Positions 1 through 14,049 of a DNA stretch of 64,000 bases are shown in pieces; position 1 is the stretch's first letter, and every line of letters begins with the position of its first letter. The position numbers and the translations under genes are program-made. Origin of the DNA: Eledone cirrhosa (Eukaryota); the NCBI GenBank assembly GCA_964016885.1, contig OZ024756.1, positions 35,464,001 to 35,528,000 of the forward strand. The letters run 5' to 3'. The notes below the pieces were generated by a model. It searched no databases. It saw only the letters and a program-made list of their open reading frames with translations, and had not been told where the DNA came from.

Positions 1-59
1 TTGTTTTATTTCCTTCCCTGCCGACATTCCTTTATTGATATTTGTACCTACGCAGAAGG

Positions 60-295
60 AAACATATACATATACAAATAGATATATATATATACATATA
101 CAAATATATATACATATACATATACATATACAAAAACACACACACACATATATATATATATGTATATATAGTAAAACATTGAACGGGAACAAAACAGAGA
201 GGCAGTACGAACAAAGGTTTATTAGTTTCACGCTCTTGAGAAAATATATATATACGCATGCACATACATACATACACACACATACATACGTACAC

Positions 296-329
<34 letters not shown>

Positions 330-353
330 ATACACACATACACACATACGTAC

Positions 354-384
<31 letters not shown>

Positions 385-774
385 CACACATATATATATA
401 TACATATACACACATACACACATACACACACACATACGTTAGTGTGCGCATATGTATGTGTGTGTAGAGAGAGAGGGGGTGGGAATACAGGGTCATACAG
501 TTTATGTAATTTTGTATACGTACATCGATACAAAACTTTCTCATAATGAAATTACATGCACACAGAATGACGTATGCATCTCTCTATCTATCTATCTCCC
601 TGCCTGTCTATCTATCTATTTATCTATCTATTTATCTATCTATTTATCTATCTATCTATTTATCTATCGATCTATCTGTCTATCTATCTATTTATCTATC
701 TATCTATTTATCTATTTATCTATCTATCTATCCATCTATTTATCTATCTATCTATCTATCAGCCTCTCTCTCAC

Positions 775-840
<66 letters not shown>

Positions 841-867
841 GCACTGTGTCGTTTGCTTTGTTATTTC

Positions 868-912
<45 letters not shown>

Positions 913-1029
913 ACATATGTGTGTATGTGTGTGCGTGTGTGTGTATGCTTGCGTGTGTTTGTATGTATGTTCGTACATACGCATAAATGCATGTATATAT
1001 GTGTTTATATATATACATATATGTGTGCT

Positions 1030-1074
<45 letters not shown>

Positions 1075-1115
1075 GTATCTATGTATATATATATCTATGT
1101 ATGTATGTATATGTA
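60..1115. repeat. compound microsatellite block (TA/CA/TACA/TCTA/CT)
   Basis: direct reading; source of the spurious YIYI/LSIY ORFs. Confidence 0.95.
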
Positions 1116-1544
1116 ATAACCGTTCTTTATCCTGTGTAAAAGAAGACGTTAGAGGAATTTACCGCACTATTTCATAACCAATTACCGCTTCTTTTCAAAT
1201 ATTTTCCTTCCCTGCTTTTATTTATTTATTCATTTCATTGTATTTCACTTCATTTCATTCCATCTTTTTTTTAATCTTTCTTCTATTTATTCCCTCTCTC
1301 TTTATTTCTTTAACTCTCCTCCATCTTTCTTCCATTCCTTCCACAACAAATTCCTTGCGTCCTTCATTCCTTCCTTCCTCTAATTGACGGGTTTGTTAGA
1401 GAGGGACGGATAAATGTCTTGTAGTGTTTATTGCAGCTGTTTGTCTCCCTTAAGTTCACAATTTTGCTTGACCCCCCCCCCCCCCCCCCAGCTTTGTCTT
1501 TTAATCTTTTCATGCATTTTGGGGGAGATTTAATAAAATAAAGT

Positions 1545-1784
1545 AGTAGTCCAAGCAAAGCTTTGTAAGCCTCCTTCTTTGTTCGGTTGGCATCTTTGAC
1601 CTCTTGATTGAACCAAGGGGTCTACTTGCCACCTGGGGGCACACCAAACCTCTTTTTCCGTAGTTTTTAAATGGTTGAAGCACAAACTGCTGCACTGAAC
1701 AACCTCCACTCTGTCTCAATATCCTCAGTTTGCTCAGGGAGATCTCTGAATTTGGATGCAATAGTATCTGCATAACTGGTTCTG
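1545..1784 (-). mobile_element. RTE-clade (Expander/Rex3-like) LINE ORF2 fragment, endonuclease-RT linker
   Basis: minus-strand translation in a frame not in the track: DLPEQTEDIETEWRLFSAAV...GVPPGGK*TPWFNQEVKDANRTKKEAYKALLG; matches the RTE 'PWWN.EVK.A...KK.AY' motif; contains stops. Confidence 0.75.
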
Positions 1785-2215
1785 CGAATTGAGAGATCAC
1801 AGCTCCGATACTATGGGCATGTGGTTAGAATGTCTCAGGAAAGAATCGATGGACAGATCTGTAGCTCGAAGATCAAAGAGTCACTCCAGATAGAGCTGCT
1901 ATTTCTCCGAATTGAGAGATCATAGCTCCGATACTATGGGCATGTCGTTAGAATGTCTCAGGAAAGAATCGATGGACAGATCTGTAGCTCGAAGATCAAA
2001 GAGTCACTCCAGATAGAGCTGCTATTTCTCCGAATTGAGAGATCATAGCTCCGATACTATGGGCATGTCGTTAGAATGTCTCAGGAAAGAATCGATGGAC
2101 AGATCTGTAGCTCGAAGATCAAAGAGTCACTCCAGATAGAGCTGCTACTTCTCCGAATTGAGAGATCATAGCTCCGATACTATGGACATGTGGTTAGAAT
2201 GTCTCAGGAAAGAAT
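1785..2215 (+). repeat. 3.5 x 123-bp tandem repeat made from RTE LINE ORF2 C-terminal sequence
   Basis: units start at 1785, 1908, 2031, 2154; unit translates RIERSQLRYYGHVVRMSQERIDGQICSSKIKESLQIELLFL (RTE 'IERSQLRW.GH..RM' motif). Confidence 0.9.
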
Positions 2216-2259
2216 GATCAATGGTAATGGCTGTGGTGGGGGAGTAACGGTGGTGGTGG

Positions 2260-2920
2260 GATTATTATTACTGTTGCCAAAATTGTTGCTGATGTTGTTA
2301 CTGTTGTTGTTACTGTTGTTGTTACTGTTGTTGTTACTGTTGTTGTTACTGTTGTTGTTACTGTTGTTGTTATTGTTGTTGTTACTGTTGTTGTTTCTGT
2401 TGTTGTTACTGTTGTTGTTACTGTTGTTACTGTTATTGTTATTGTTGTTGTTACTGTTGCTGTTTCTGTTGTTGTTACTGTTGTTGTTACTGTTGTTGTT
2501 GCTGTTGTTGTTGCTGTTGTTGTTACTGTTGTTGTTATTGTTGTTGTTACTGTTGTTGTTAATATTGTTGTTAATGTTGTTGTTACTGTTGTTGTTACTG
2601 TTGTTGTTACTGTTGTTGTTATTGTTGTTGTTACTGTTGTTGTTACTGTTGTTGTTACTGTTGTTGTTATTGTTGTTGTTATTGTTGTTGTTACTGTTGT
2701 TGTTATTGTTGTTGTTACTGTTGTTGTTAATATTGTTGTTAATGTTGTTGTTACTGTTGTTGTTACTGTTGTTGTTACTGTTGTTGTTATTGTTGTTGTT
2801 ACTGTTGTTGTTACTGTTGTTGTTATTGTTGTTGTTACTGTTGTTGTTACTGTTGTTGTTACTGTTGTTGTTACTGTTGTTGTTACTGTTGTTGTTAATA
2901 TTGTTGTTAATGTTGTTACG
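2260..2920. repeat. (TTG)n-based minisatellite (mostly GTTGTTGTTACT 12-mer)
   Basis: direct reading; explains poly-Leu/poly-Thr ORFs. Confidence 0.95.
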
Positions 2921-3139
2921 ACAACAAATTTGTATTCAACACAAGTTCCGACTACAAACAAATCAAATTCACATCCCGCCACACACCACCGCCACCACCA
3001 CCACCACTCCCTCCTCCATCACCAACACAACTACCACCTCCTCCACGACCACATCTTTATTATACCACTACCACCACAAAGCGCCATACCACCACTTCAC
3101 ACCCCCCCTCTATAATAATACTACTACAACAACCTCCAA

Positions 3140-3450
3140 TATGAACGACACTACACTACAACAACACTCCGATGTAAACGACACTACACTCCAACCACAC
3201 CCCAATGTAAACAACACTACACTCCAATGTAAACGACACTATAATACAACCATTCTCCACTGTAAACGACACTACACTCCAACCACACTCCAATATAAAC
3301 GACACTACACTCCAACCACACTCCAATGTAAACGACACTACGCGACAACCACACTCCAATGTAAACAACACAACACTCCAATGTAAACAACACTACACTT
3401 CAAGCACACTCCAATATAAACGACACTACACTCCAACCACACTCCGACGT
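3140..3450. repeat. degenerate ~31-bp minisatellite (ACGACACTACACTCCAACCACACTCCAATGTAA-like)
   Basis: about 9-10 diverged copies visible. Confidence 0.8.
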
Positions 3451-4207
3451 GAATGAGCACCACTCGCGAACTAGACCTCACCATGAAAGACACTGTAACG
3501 ACACTTCCAGCATGAACCGTGTTTTACTGAGATGTTAACGCCACTACGACACTGCAATGACACTGCACAGAGTACAATACTGCATGGAGTGTTAATGACA
3601 CTCCAATGTTATAAACTACTTCATGGAGTGTTAATGACATTTCATGGAGTGTTAGTAGTACTTCGCTGACGCAGATGGATAGATTTGCCGGTTACCAGGG
3701 GTTACTGTGTGGGAAGTACGAAAGCTGGTGGGAAGTCACCAGGGTTCTATTTTATATCAGATATATACACACTATACAATATATATACACAATACAATAT
3801 ATATACACACTATACAATATATATACACTATACAATATATATACACACTATACAATATATATACACACTATACAATATATATACACACCATACAATATAC
3901 ACAATATACAATATACACAATATATAACATACAATATACACAATATACAATATACAAAGAGAAAAGGAAAAAGATTGAGTAATTTGAGCAACGTCGAAAC
4001 GTAGAAAGGTGTCACAGACGACCAAAAAGGTCATTGAGCAGGTCACAGGTGTGTGGCGAAAGATGTCTGGTGATTAAATAAGTATTTGTTGTCTAAACCA
4101 ACCAAAGAATGGATTAGTTACCTGACTAATAATAAAATCGAAGTCTAACACAATTAGTAGGTGTGGTTTTATTGGCAACGTGACATTCCTATCGCAAAAC
4201 AATATAT

Positions 4208-4279
<72 letters not shown>

Positions 4280-4295
4280 AGTGTCGTTTCCTTTG

Positions 4296-4362
<67 letters not shown>

Positions 4363-4600
4363 TATATATATATATATATATTCATATATATATATATATA
4401 TATTCATATATATATAATATTCATATATATATATATATATTCATATATATATAATATTCATATATATATATATATTCATATATATATATATGAATTATTT
4501 TCCCATATCTTACGTTAATTATTTTCCATTTTGACGTTATAGTCACTTATATATTATGAAATACTGTTGGCTTCTTGCTCACAATAATTTCTCTATTTTC

Positions 4601-4665
<65 letters not shown>

Positions 4666-5450
4666 GTATGTATATATATTCATACAATATATATATTCAT
4701 ACAATATCTTTGATTTTCTCGAGCGTCTTTCTACATACATTACATACATTATTATATCGTTATATATTATTGTTGTCTATAAACAATTCTACATCATGGA
4801 ATGTGCCGAGGCATATATTTGGTTCGATTAGCGAAGTTAACAAGAGATCGATAAAACCCCTATATTGATTACTAACAAAAGATACAATACCACGATGTTT
4901 GGTGGCGGCGGCGGTGGTGGTGGTGGTGGCAGTTGTGCCGGTGGTGGTGGTGGTGGTGGTGGTGGTGGTGGTGGTGGTGGTGGTGGTGGTGGTAGTTGTG
5001 GTGATAGTGTTATTGGTAGTGCTGGTGCTGGTGCTGGTGCTGGTGCTTGTGGTTGTGGTTGTGGTTGTGGTAGTGGTGGTTGTGGTAGTGGTGGTAGTGG
5101 TAGTGTTGGTGGTAGTGGTAGTGATGTGTGGTGTTGTGGTGATATTTGTGGTAGTGGTGGTGGTAGTGGGGATAGTTTTGGTAAGGGGAAAGATATGGCG
5201 AGGCAATCTATAAACTGTTCAATTATATCGATCTCAGTAATTTACACTGGTCCTTAATTTATCGAATCACAGAAGGATGAAACACAGAATCGACCTTCGC
5301 AGGATTCGAACTCAGAATGGAAAAAACAAACAACAAAAATACAAAGAAAAAAAGTGATATAACTAAATTCTGCAAAACATTTAGCTTGGCGCTCTACTGC
5401 TTTTATCATCAATACAACTAAAGTAAATATTACTATTCTTATTTGTAAGG

Positions 5451-5770
5451 GCATAGAGTTACGTCCCTTTACGGTCTGAGTTCAAATCCCGACGAGGTTA
5501 ACTTTGCCTTTCATCCTTACGGGATCGATAAAATAAAGTACCAGTAATGTACTGGGGTAATTGCTGTCCTTGTGCCAAAAATAGAAACAATTATTTGTAA
5601 GGGCGATTGTTTGGCAGAATCGGTAGAGCGTCGGACATCACCCTTTGCGACATAGAGTTATGGCCCTTTACATTTTAAGTTCAAATCCCACCGAGGTTAA
5701 CTTGACCTTTCATCCTTACGAGGTCGATAAAATAAAGTACCAGTAATGCACTGGGGTAATTATTGGCCTT
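5451..5770 (+). mobile_element. two adjacent copies of a tRNA-derived SINE (octopod-type)
   Basis: A-box TGGCAGAATCGG, B-box GAGTTCAAATCC, body GAGGTTAACTTTGCCTTTCATCC..GTCGATAAAATAAAGTACCAGT repeated many times in this window. Confidence 0.85.
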
Positions 5771-6306
5771 AACAAACTACATAACAACTACAACAAGAAC
5801 TACAACAACAATTATTATTAGTCATATTTATATTATGTGTCGTCACAGCATTATCGAGCACAGCTCTCTGTGTCTTGGGTAAGTGCAGTGCAGTGTTGCT
5901 GGCGTTGTTTCTATCGTATTGAGAGAACGTTTTTGTAATATGTGTGCCTAAGTTGAGCTTGTTGCTGTTCTTGATGTTGTTGTTGTTATTGTTGCTGTCG
6001 TCATATTTTTAAGTATTGTTTCCATTCTCACTCCCTATTTCAACAAATACCTTCAGTATAAACGGTCTATCTTCGATTCTAATACCAGTAATTATCTCTG
6101 TCTTTATGTTTAACTTGCTTGTTGATTTGGTTAATATGTTTTACTTCTCCGCCGTACATAGCTGATATTTTTTAAACATAATTCTACAAATATTACAAAT
6201 AATTTTAATTTAAAAGCTTCCGTTAATTCATTTTCTGACTGATGTTTCTCGAACCGTAAAGTCATTAGATTATGTGGAATAAACAGCACTTGTGTAAACG
6301 CATATG

Positions 6307-6374
<68 letters not shown>

Positions 6375-6411
6375 TACGTGTGTGTGTGTGAGAGAGAGAG
6401 GCATGTATATG

Positions 6412-6469
<58 letters not shown>

Positions 6470-6594
6470 TATACACACACATACGTGTGTGTGTGAGAGA
6501 GAGGTATGTGTATATATATATATATATATATACATACGTATGTATGTTAGAGAGAGAGAGAGAGTATGTATATATTTATGTATGTATGCATATG

Positions 6595-6658
<64 letters not shown>

Positions 6659-7099
6659 GAACATTAAATTCGTTAATCTAGATATTGCTGTAAATTACTT
6701 CGACTGGTTTGAATAAATTTAACGTCTTTTGTTGGAAAATGTCTTGAAACAGTGTCAAGCAGCGATGTGATACATCGTCACACCATCACACCATCACACC
6801 ATCATACCGTCCTCTCTCACCCAAATACTTGATGTTTTATCCATTATTATCTACGATTTTAGCGAATGTCCGTGTTAGTTTCAAAGTGTTACGCTCGCAT
6901 AAATATTGTGTGGCAGCTATTAATTCGTTAGAGTGATTCATTATGGCTTTTGAAGTTGATAGCGCATGTCTTAATGCTTCCCACAGTAACAATTTTCTTT
7001 TCTCTTCTTCCTAACCATTTTATTATAATCTTTCTTTTCTCTTCCTTCTACATTTTTAAAAAAATTATTTTTAGTTTTATCTAATAATATTGTTTTACA

Positions 7100-7480
7100 G
7101 GCGGTGAATTGACACAGTCGTTAGAAAAGTCGGATAGAAATGCTTTGTACTGTTCGTTTTGTCTCTTTGCTCTCTGAATTCAAATCCTGCCGACGAGGTC
7201 AACTTTGTCTTTTATCCTTTCGAAGGTCAATAAAAAAAAGTACCAGTCTAGTAATGGTGTCAATTCTTCCTCTATATCTCTTCATCACTTCAATTCTCTC
7301 ACTCTATCCTTTTCTGGAAGAAATCTGCTGTATTCAGACCTGGACTTCATGCTTTGCGACAATAGAGTTACGTCCCTTTAAGATCTGAGTTCAAACCCAC
7401 CGAGATTACTGGTACTTTATTTTATCGACCTCGTAAGGATGAAAGGCAAAGCTAATCTCGGCGGGATTTAAACTCAGGAC
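7100..7480. mobile_element. SINE copies of the same family: + copy 7100-7255, then a + 5' fragment fused to an inverted copy 7345-7480
   Basis: same SINE motifs; TGAGTTCAAACCCACCGAGATT versus AATCTCGGCGGGATTTAAACTCA form inverted arms. Confidence 0.75.
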
Positions 7481-7536
7481 AAATAATGAATATTATATTT
7501 TATATATGTGTGTGTGTATGTGTATATATGTGTGTT

Positions 7537-7567
<31 letters not shown>

Positions 7568-7597
7568 CCAGGGTGTATATATATATATACACCCTGT

Positions 7598-8498
7598 AGG
7601 GATACATTGGCTCCCTACCTTTTTATCATCGTAGTGGACTATTGTATGCGCCTTGCACTGGAGAAACACCAGGACTCTGACTTTACTGTAGCACCGGCTC
7701 AGAGCAGGAGAGTTAAGGCGAAAAAGGTATCGGATGCTGAATTTGCCGACGACATAGTTTTGGTGACAAATACAGTGAAGGAGGCAGAGGATTTGATGCG
7801 GGAGGTTGAGACTGTGTCGATGAGTGTGGGGCTGAGAATGAATGAGACTAAAACAAAATATCTGGTAGAGAATGTTGAGAAGCCAGAGGGGATCACTAAT
7901 GTAGGCCGGAAGCCGCTAGAATTGGTTGAAGGCTTCCTGTATTTGGGAGCAAAGATTGGGAATACGGAAGATGATGTGGTTGAGAGGAAGAGCAAGGCCT
8001 GGGCGGCGTGCCACAGCTTCAGATCGGTGTAGAAGTCGGACCTTCGTAAAGACCTGAAAATCCGCCTCTTCATTGCTGTAGTGGAGTCTGTGCTGCTGTA
8101 CGGGTCTGAGACTTGGACACTGACCAAAAAACTCACTCAGATGGTGGATGGGTGCTACACGAGAATGATGAGGATGGCTCTGAACATTAATCAGTATACA
8201 CTGAGGATGAAAAACTCAGAGCTGTATGGGAGCATCCCAAAAGTCAGCTCAAAAGTGACACAGGGGAGACTGAGGTTAGCTGGACATGCTCACCGACATC
8301 CAGAGTTGACATTGCACTCAGTGCTCCTATGGGAGCCCCTCCATGGACACACTAGAAGAGGAAGACCAAGGTTAACGTATGTTGATGCCCTAAGGACAGA
8401 CACTGGTCTGTTGGAGACGCAGGACATGGCAGCGATAATGAGGGACAGAGACCGCTGGAGAGAACTCGTCCATGGATCTCGGGAATTTTACCCGCCTT

Positions 8499-8500
<2 letters not shown>
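7598..8500 (+). mobile_element. 5'-truncated RTE-clade LINE, reverse transcriptase C-terminal half
   Basis: DTLAPYLFIIVVDY, FADDI, GLRMNETKTK, YLG, ESVLLYGSETWTLT, RLRLAGH, RGRPRLTY; one premature TAG at 8030-8032; ends directly in (TA)n. Confidence 0.93.
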
Positions 8501-8560
<60 letters not shown>

Positions 8561-8659
8561 AGGGAGTGTAATGCGAAGTTACTGTAGGTTCACCCAGGTG
8601 AGCACTCGATGTTTAGGTTCACGTCAGTAGCGAGGTGTAGAGCTAGACAGAGTGTAATA

Positions 8660-8937
8660 TAATAATACAAGGACGAATGGTTAAGCATTCATTACGTTTA
8701 TTGGTTGATGATACGCGTTTCGCTGTTGATCAGCTCAAGGTTCGATCTGTATCGATCTGGCCCAACTCTGGAATCAAAAGCTCGTCGGACCTCTGTTGTA
8801 GCAATGACGGATTCTGTCATTACTACCACAGAGGTCCGTCATTACTACAAATCGAACCTTGAGCTGATCAACAGCGAAACGTGCATCACCAACCAATAAA
8901 CGTAATGAAGGCATAATCATTCGTCCTTGAATTATAT
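8660..8937. mobile_element. fold-back element with ~80-bp inverted arms and an internal hairpin; HHR 3'-half remnant
   Basis: CAAGGACGAATG...GGTTCGAT versus ATCGAACC...CATTCGTCCTTG; arms carry GCTG-ATCAA-CAGC-GAAA-CG; (TA)n on both sides of the larger element. Confidence 0.8.
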
Positions 8938-8943
8938 ATACAC

Positions 8944-8980
<37 letters not shown>

Positions 8981-8988
8981 CGACCTCT

Positions 8989-9036
<48 letters not shown>

Positions 9037-9189
9037 CTACAAATCGAATGCCAAATGATTATTAACCAATAGTTGTTCATATTTCTCTGATATATATATT
9101 TCTCTGATATATCTAATATATTTGGACACTACCATCACTGATTTTACAATTTAAGCTTCGCCAGTTGATCGACATAACCTCCACCACTA

Positions 9190-9193
9190 CTTA

Positions 9194-9246
<53 letters not shown>

Positions 9247-9272
9247 TACTACTACTACTATTACTACTACTA

Positions 9273-9348
<76 letters not shown>

Positions 9349-9372
9349 TTACTACTACTATTACTACTACTA

Positions 9373-9410
<38 letters not shown>

Positions 9411-9533
9411 TTACTATTACTACTACTATTACTACTACTATACTACTACTACTAGTAGTAGTAGTATAGTAGTAGTAGTGGTGGTGGTGATAGTAGTAGC
9501 AGCAGCAGTAGCAACAGCAGCAGCAGCAGTAGC

Positions 9534-9586
<53 letters not shown>

Positions 9587-9590
9587 CAAT
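9190..9590. repeat. (ACT)n followed by (AGT)n/(AGC)n trinucleotide tract
   Basis: direct reading. Confidence 0.95.
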
Positions 9591-9692
9591 ATAGTACTAA
9601 CGAAGACGATGAAGTTGACAATGACGGTGATAGGGTGGCGGCGGTGAAGATGATGACGATCATGATGATGGCGACGACGATCATGATAATAT

Positions 9693-9782
9693 TCAGTGAA
9701 CTTCCGGTATAACGAAATTCACGGGGTAGGAAAAAAAAAAAATTCGTTGTAATGAAAAATTCTTTATAACGAGATCGGGCTG
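9693..9782 (+). mobile_element. pogo/Tigger-like DNA transposon terminal fragment
   Basis: CAGTGAACTTCCGGTATAACGAAATT with repeated TATAACGA motifs; related sequence at 27327-27480. Confidence 0.55.
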
Positions 9783-9921
9783 ACACATCGGACGTGTGGC
9801 CGGGGATTGAAAAAATGTCGTTACACCGTGTTACGATGTGATAAAGGAGGATGAGAAAAAGGAGATTGAAGAAGAAGGGGACATAACAACAACAACAACA
9901 ACAATAACAACAATAAAAATA

Positions 9922-10100
9922 ATTGTTTCTACGTTAGATACAAGGCCAACAATTAACCAGTGCATTACTGGTACTTTATTTTATCGACCCCGTAAGGATG
10001 AAAGGCAAAGTTAATCTTGGCGGGATTTGAACTCAGAAAGGCAAGGGCCGTAACTCTATACGTCAAAGCATGGCGTCCAACCCTCTACCAGTACTGCCAA
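9922..10100 (-). mobile_element. tRNA-derived SINE
   Basis: reverse complement of the 5451 family. Confidence 0.85.
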
Positions 10101-10406
10101 ATAATAATAACAATAATAATAATAATAACAATAATAATATATCTTGTCCAAAGATATATTTCCATCTGGGTGAATTTAAAAAAAAAATATGAATCAAAGT
10201 TATCAAAGACGAAACGTGGTTAATCGGATTAAAGATTCCGGTTTTTCAGTGCAACAATTTGTTATCGAACTTAACAGGATTCCGTCAAACTGATGTGGAA
10301 TGAACGCACGTAATTCTTATATACGTATATATATGTATATATATATATGTATATATATAAATATATATGTGTGTGTATGTATATATACATATATATATAT
10401 ATATAC

Positions 10407-10439
<33 letters not shown>

Positions 10440-10462
10440 AATAAATATATATATATATATAC

Positions 10463-10513
<51 letters not shown>

Positions 10514-10518
10514 CATTA

Positions 10519-10560
<42 letters not shown>

Positions 10561-10628
10561 TCGTCAATATGTATGTATATATGTGTGTACACATTACGTA
10601 TTTGAATAGAAATAGAATAGACACGTTT

Positions 10629-10688
<60 letters not shown>

Positions 10689-10888
10689 TCATATAACCAC
10701 ACACATAAACACACGTACGCACATACACGCAACACGTTCACTAAACACAAACACATATACACACACACAGCTATACGTGATATAAACAAGAAAATCGTAA
10801 ACATGAAGTATTAAAGCGTTTGTTTAGATTTGAAATTGTTAGATGTTGGAAGGCCAAACGCAATCGATTGTTATAAACAACAACTTCG

Positions 10889-10977
10889 GAAACCGGGTAA
10901 AGTACCCCTATAGATGGAGCTTAATTCTTCGTGCGGCTGCAGTTTCTTCCGTCTATAGGGGTACTTTATCCGGTTTT
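10889..10977. repeat. inverted repeat, ~29-bp arms, HHR 3'-half-like (GAAA CCGGG TA)
   Basis: AAACCGGGTAAAGTACCCCTATAGATGGA versus TCCGTCTATAGGGGTACTTTATCCGGTTT. Confidence 0.75.
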
Positions 10978-11412
10978 GTAAAATATTGATTATAGCAATT
11001 GGTTGCGGCTACAGTTATTTCCTGCGTTTGGGTCAATTGTATCTTCTCAGAATATATATATATATGTATATATTATATAAAATTGACTTCTACAGGATTA
11101 GATCTGCTTCCTTCGTACGAAATCAACAGCAATGTCGACTAAACGTAAAAAAGATAGGTATTTATCCTTTTCCTCTTCTAACGTATTCTATACATTTTTT
11201 AATATAATTATATGTGATATAATATAATATAATATAATATAATATAATACTATTATACTATATATGATTATATATTATAATATAATATATATTTTATTAT
11301 ATTATATTATATAGTGGTGTTATTAAGCTAGACATGGTTAGGCATGGCCTAGGCCAATACTGGCCGAAACCTATCAAAGTTATATATATAAATGATATAT
11401 AAATATATATAA

Positions 11413-11454
<42 letters not shown>

Positions 11455-11638
11455 TATATATATTTAAATTTAAATATAAAGTATATATATATATGTAACG
11501 TATATTCAATATGTGTGTGTATGTATGCTTCCGTTTATATATACATATATATATTTATTTATACATATATATACATTTGTACATATATATATATATAACC
11601 TCACTTAAGGGTATTTACATTTTACATTTTAACCATTC

Positions 11639-11750
11639 TGCTCTGATGATACAGTGGTCACAGCATTTGATAATTGAGTTTTGCAAATAGTTATAAATTT
11701 GCACATAGCATAACTAGGCTGTATAACCACCGTGGAAACATTTGTAAGCA
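11639..11750 (+). ncRNA. type I hammerhead ribozyme with extended stem II
   Basis: TGCT-CTGATGA-[TACAGTGGT..ACCACCGTG, ~85 nt]-GAAA-CATTTG-TA^AGCA; stem I UGCU/AGCA; predicted GUA cleavage after 11746. Confidence 0.75.
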
Positions 11751-11906
11751 CACAGAATAAATTACCTTTTTATGATGTCTACCTGTTATTATTCATTCTT
11801 TATATATATATATATATATGAATATATGAGTACATATATGTATCTATGTACATATATATATATATATATACATATGTATGTGTATATATATTATATATGT
11901 ATATAG

Positions 11907-11970
<64 letters not shown>

Positions 11971-12221
11971 ACTCACAGGAAACTAAAAGATCACTTGTGA
12001 AACTCATCTCAGTTTAAATACTCAAGAAGGTTTAATCTCTACGGCTCAAATTGAACACTCTTTTCTTTTATCGCTTTCACGCAGTAATATTTCAATAAAC
12101 ACACATTACACACGCTCATACACAGACACACAATGATACACGTATACACGCACATACCCGGGTATATATTCGTATGTTGTTTACGATGTATTGTATATAG
12201 TATTATATAGTATTTAGTGCA

Positions 12222-12518
12222 TAGCGCATGGCTTAGTGGTTAGAGCATTGGGCTTGCAATCAGAAGGTTTTGAGTTCAAATCTCGGACCGGGTGATGCGT
12301 TGTGTCCTTGACACTTTATTTCACATTGCTCCAGTTTATTCAGCTGTAGAAATAAGTTGCGGCGTCACTGGTGCCAAGCTGTATCAGCCATTGTCATTGG
12401 GGAGGCTGATATACATGGGTGACCGCAGGTCTTCTACAAACAAAGCCCGGACTTGTGCCTCGGAGGGAAACTTTCTAGGTGTAAATCCCATGGTCATTGG
12501 TGACCAAAGGGGGTCTTC
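12222..12518 (+). mobile_element. second tRNA-derived SINE family with CORE-like segment
   Basis: TGGCTTAGTGGTTAGAGC A-box, GAGTTCAAAT B-box, TTGTGTCCTTGA.CACTTT CORE-like segment; related minus-strand pieces at 18620-18737 and 36540-36960. Confidence 0.8.
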
Positions 12519-12519
12519 G

Positions 12520-13210
12520 ATGGTGTATGGTGTATAGTGTATGGTATATGATGTATGGTATATAGTGTATGATATATGATGTATGGTATATAGTGTATGA
12601 TATATGATATATATTGTATGGTATATAGTGTATGATATATGATGTATGGTATATGGTGTATGGTATATGATGTATGGTATATGGTGTATGGTATATAGTG
12701 TATGATATATGATGTATGGTATATAGTGTATGGTATATAGTGTATGGTGTATAGTGTATGATATATGATGTATGGTATATAGTGTATGGTATATAGTGTA
12801 TGGTATATAGTGTATAGTGTATGGTTTATAGTGTATGGTATATAGTGTATGATATATGATGTATGGTATATAGTGTATGATATATGATATATATTGTATG
12901 GTATATAGTGTATGATATATGATGTATGGTATATGGTGTATGGTATATGATGTATGGTATATGGTGTATGGTATATAGTGTATGATATATGATGTATGGT
13001 ATATAGTGTATGGTATATAGTGTATGGTGTATAGTGTATGATATATGATGTATGGTATATAGTGTATGATATATAGTGTATGGTATATAGTGTATAGTGT
13101 ATGGTATATAGTGTATGGTATATAGTGTATGATATATGATGTATGGTATATGGTGTATGGTATATGATGTATGGTATATAGTGTATGGTATACTGTGTAT
13201 GGTGTATTGT
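12520..13210. repeat. 7/14-bp minisatellite (TATGGTATATAGTG) with a higher-order duplication
   Basis: direct reading. Confidence 0.9.
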
Positions 13211-13344
13211 GTACAGTCTATATCTACCTTCTTAAATTATTACTGAGATAGCAATCCATATTTTGCTTATATATTCTACATTACTTTAGAAACATGTAAT
13301 TTAGGATAAGATAAATATCATATATTTATATATAACGATTATAA

Positions 13345-13525
13345 TAATTGTTTCTACTATTGGCACAAAGCCAGCAATTACCCTAGTACATTACTGGTAC
13401 TTTATTTTATCGACCCCGTAAGGATGAAAGGCAAAGTTAACCTCGGCGGGATTTGAACTCAGACTGTAAAGGGACGTAACTATGCTAGAAAGCATGGCGT
13501 CCAACCCTCTACCGATACTGCCAAT
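13345..13525 (-). mobile_element. tRNA-derived SINE
   Basis: reverse complement of the 5451 family. Confidence 0.85.
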
Positions 13526-14049
13526 TCACCACCATAATGAAGGCTAGCTAGCTCCAATCGTGGCGAGAAGCCGGTCGTGTCGAGGCTACTTCTGATTATG
13601 TAATTTAGAGAATAAATATCTAGAGTTTCTATGTTAAAATATCCACAGTTCATATGTTAAAATATTCATTGTAATTACGCTGGATAATTAGCAGAGATTT
13701 AGCCTGAAGTCATCGAAGAAAGGTAATTATTGACAGGCTGAAGTATAAATCTTTGATCTGTATTTCATGGTAACTATCGGTGATTGTATATCATAACACT
13801 TCTCAAGATTTCTGAGACTACAATAGAGAATAAATTTACTATAAACAGTCGATAGGAAGGAGAACAAACTGTCCTCTGTCTTACTCTTTCGCTTTCTCTT
13901 ATTAAATCCGACTTGCAAACGATTGGCAGAGTAAGAGACCGACCGAGAGTTAACTGATAGATAGAAAGATAGAGATAAAGTGAGGAGTGGAAGATAAATA
14001 GAGAGAGAGAGGGGGGGGGGAGAGACGGACAGTAGACAGACAGACAGAT

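Noticed and set aside
1510-1800. 96-aa minus-strand ORF as a gene
   Set aside because: Off-frame reading of an RTE LINE fragment
6230-6275. Minus-strand CTAATGA...GAAA-CATCAG-TC
   Set aside because: Core mismatch and stems do not pair convincingly
12222-12295. tRNA gene
   Set aside because: A and B boxes are present but the acceptor stem does not close and the sequence continues into a SINE body
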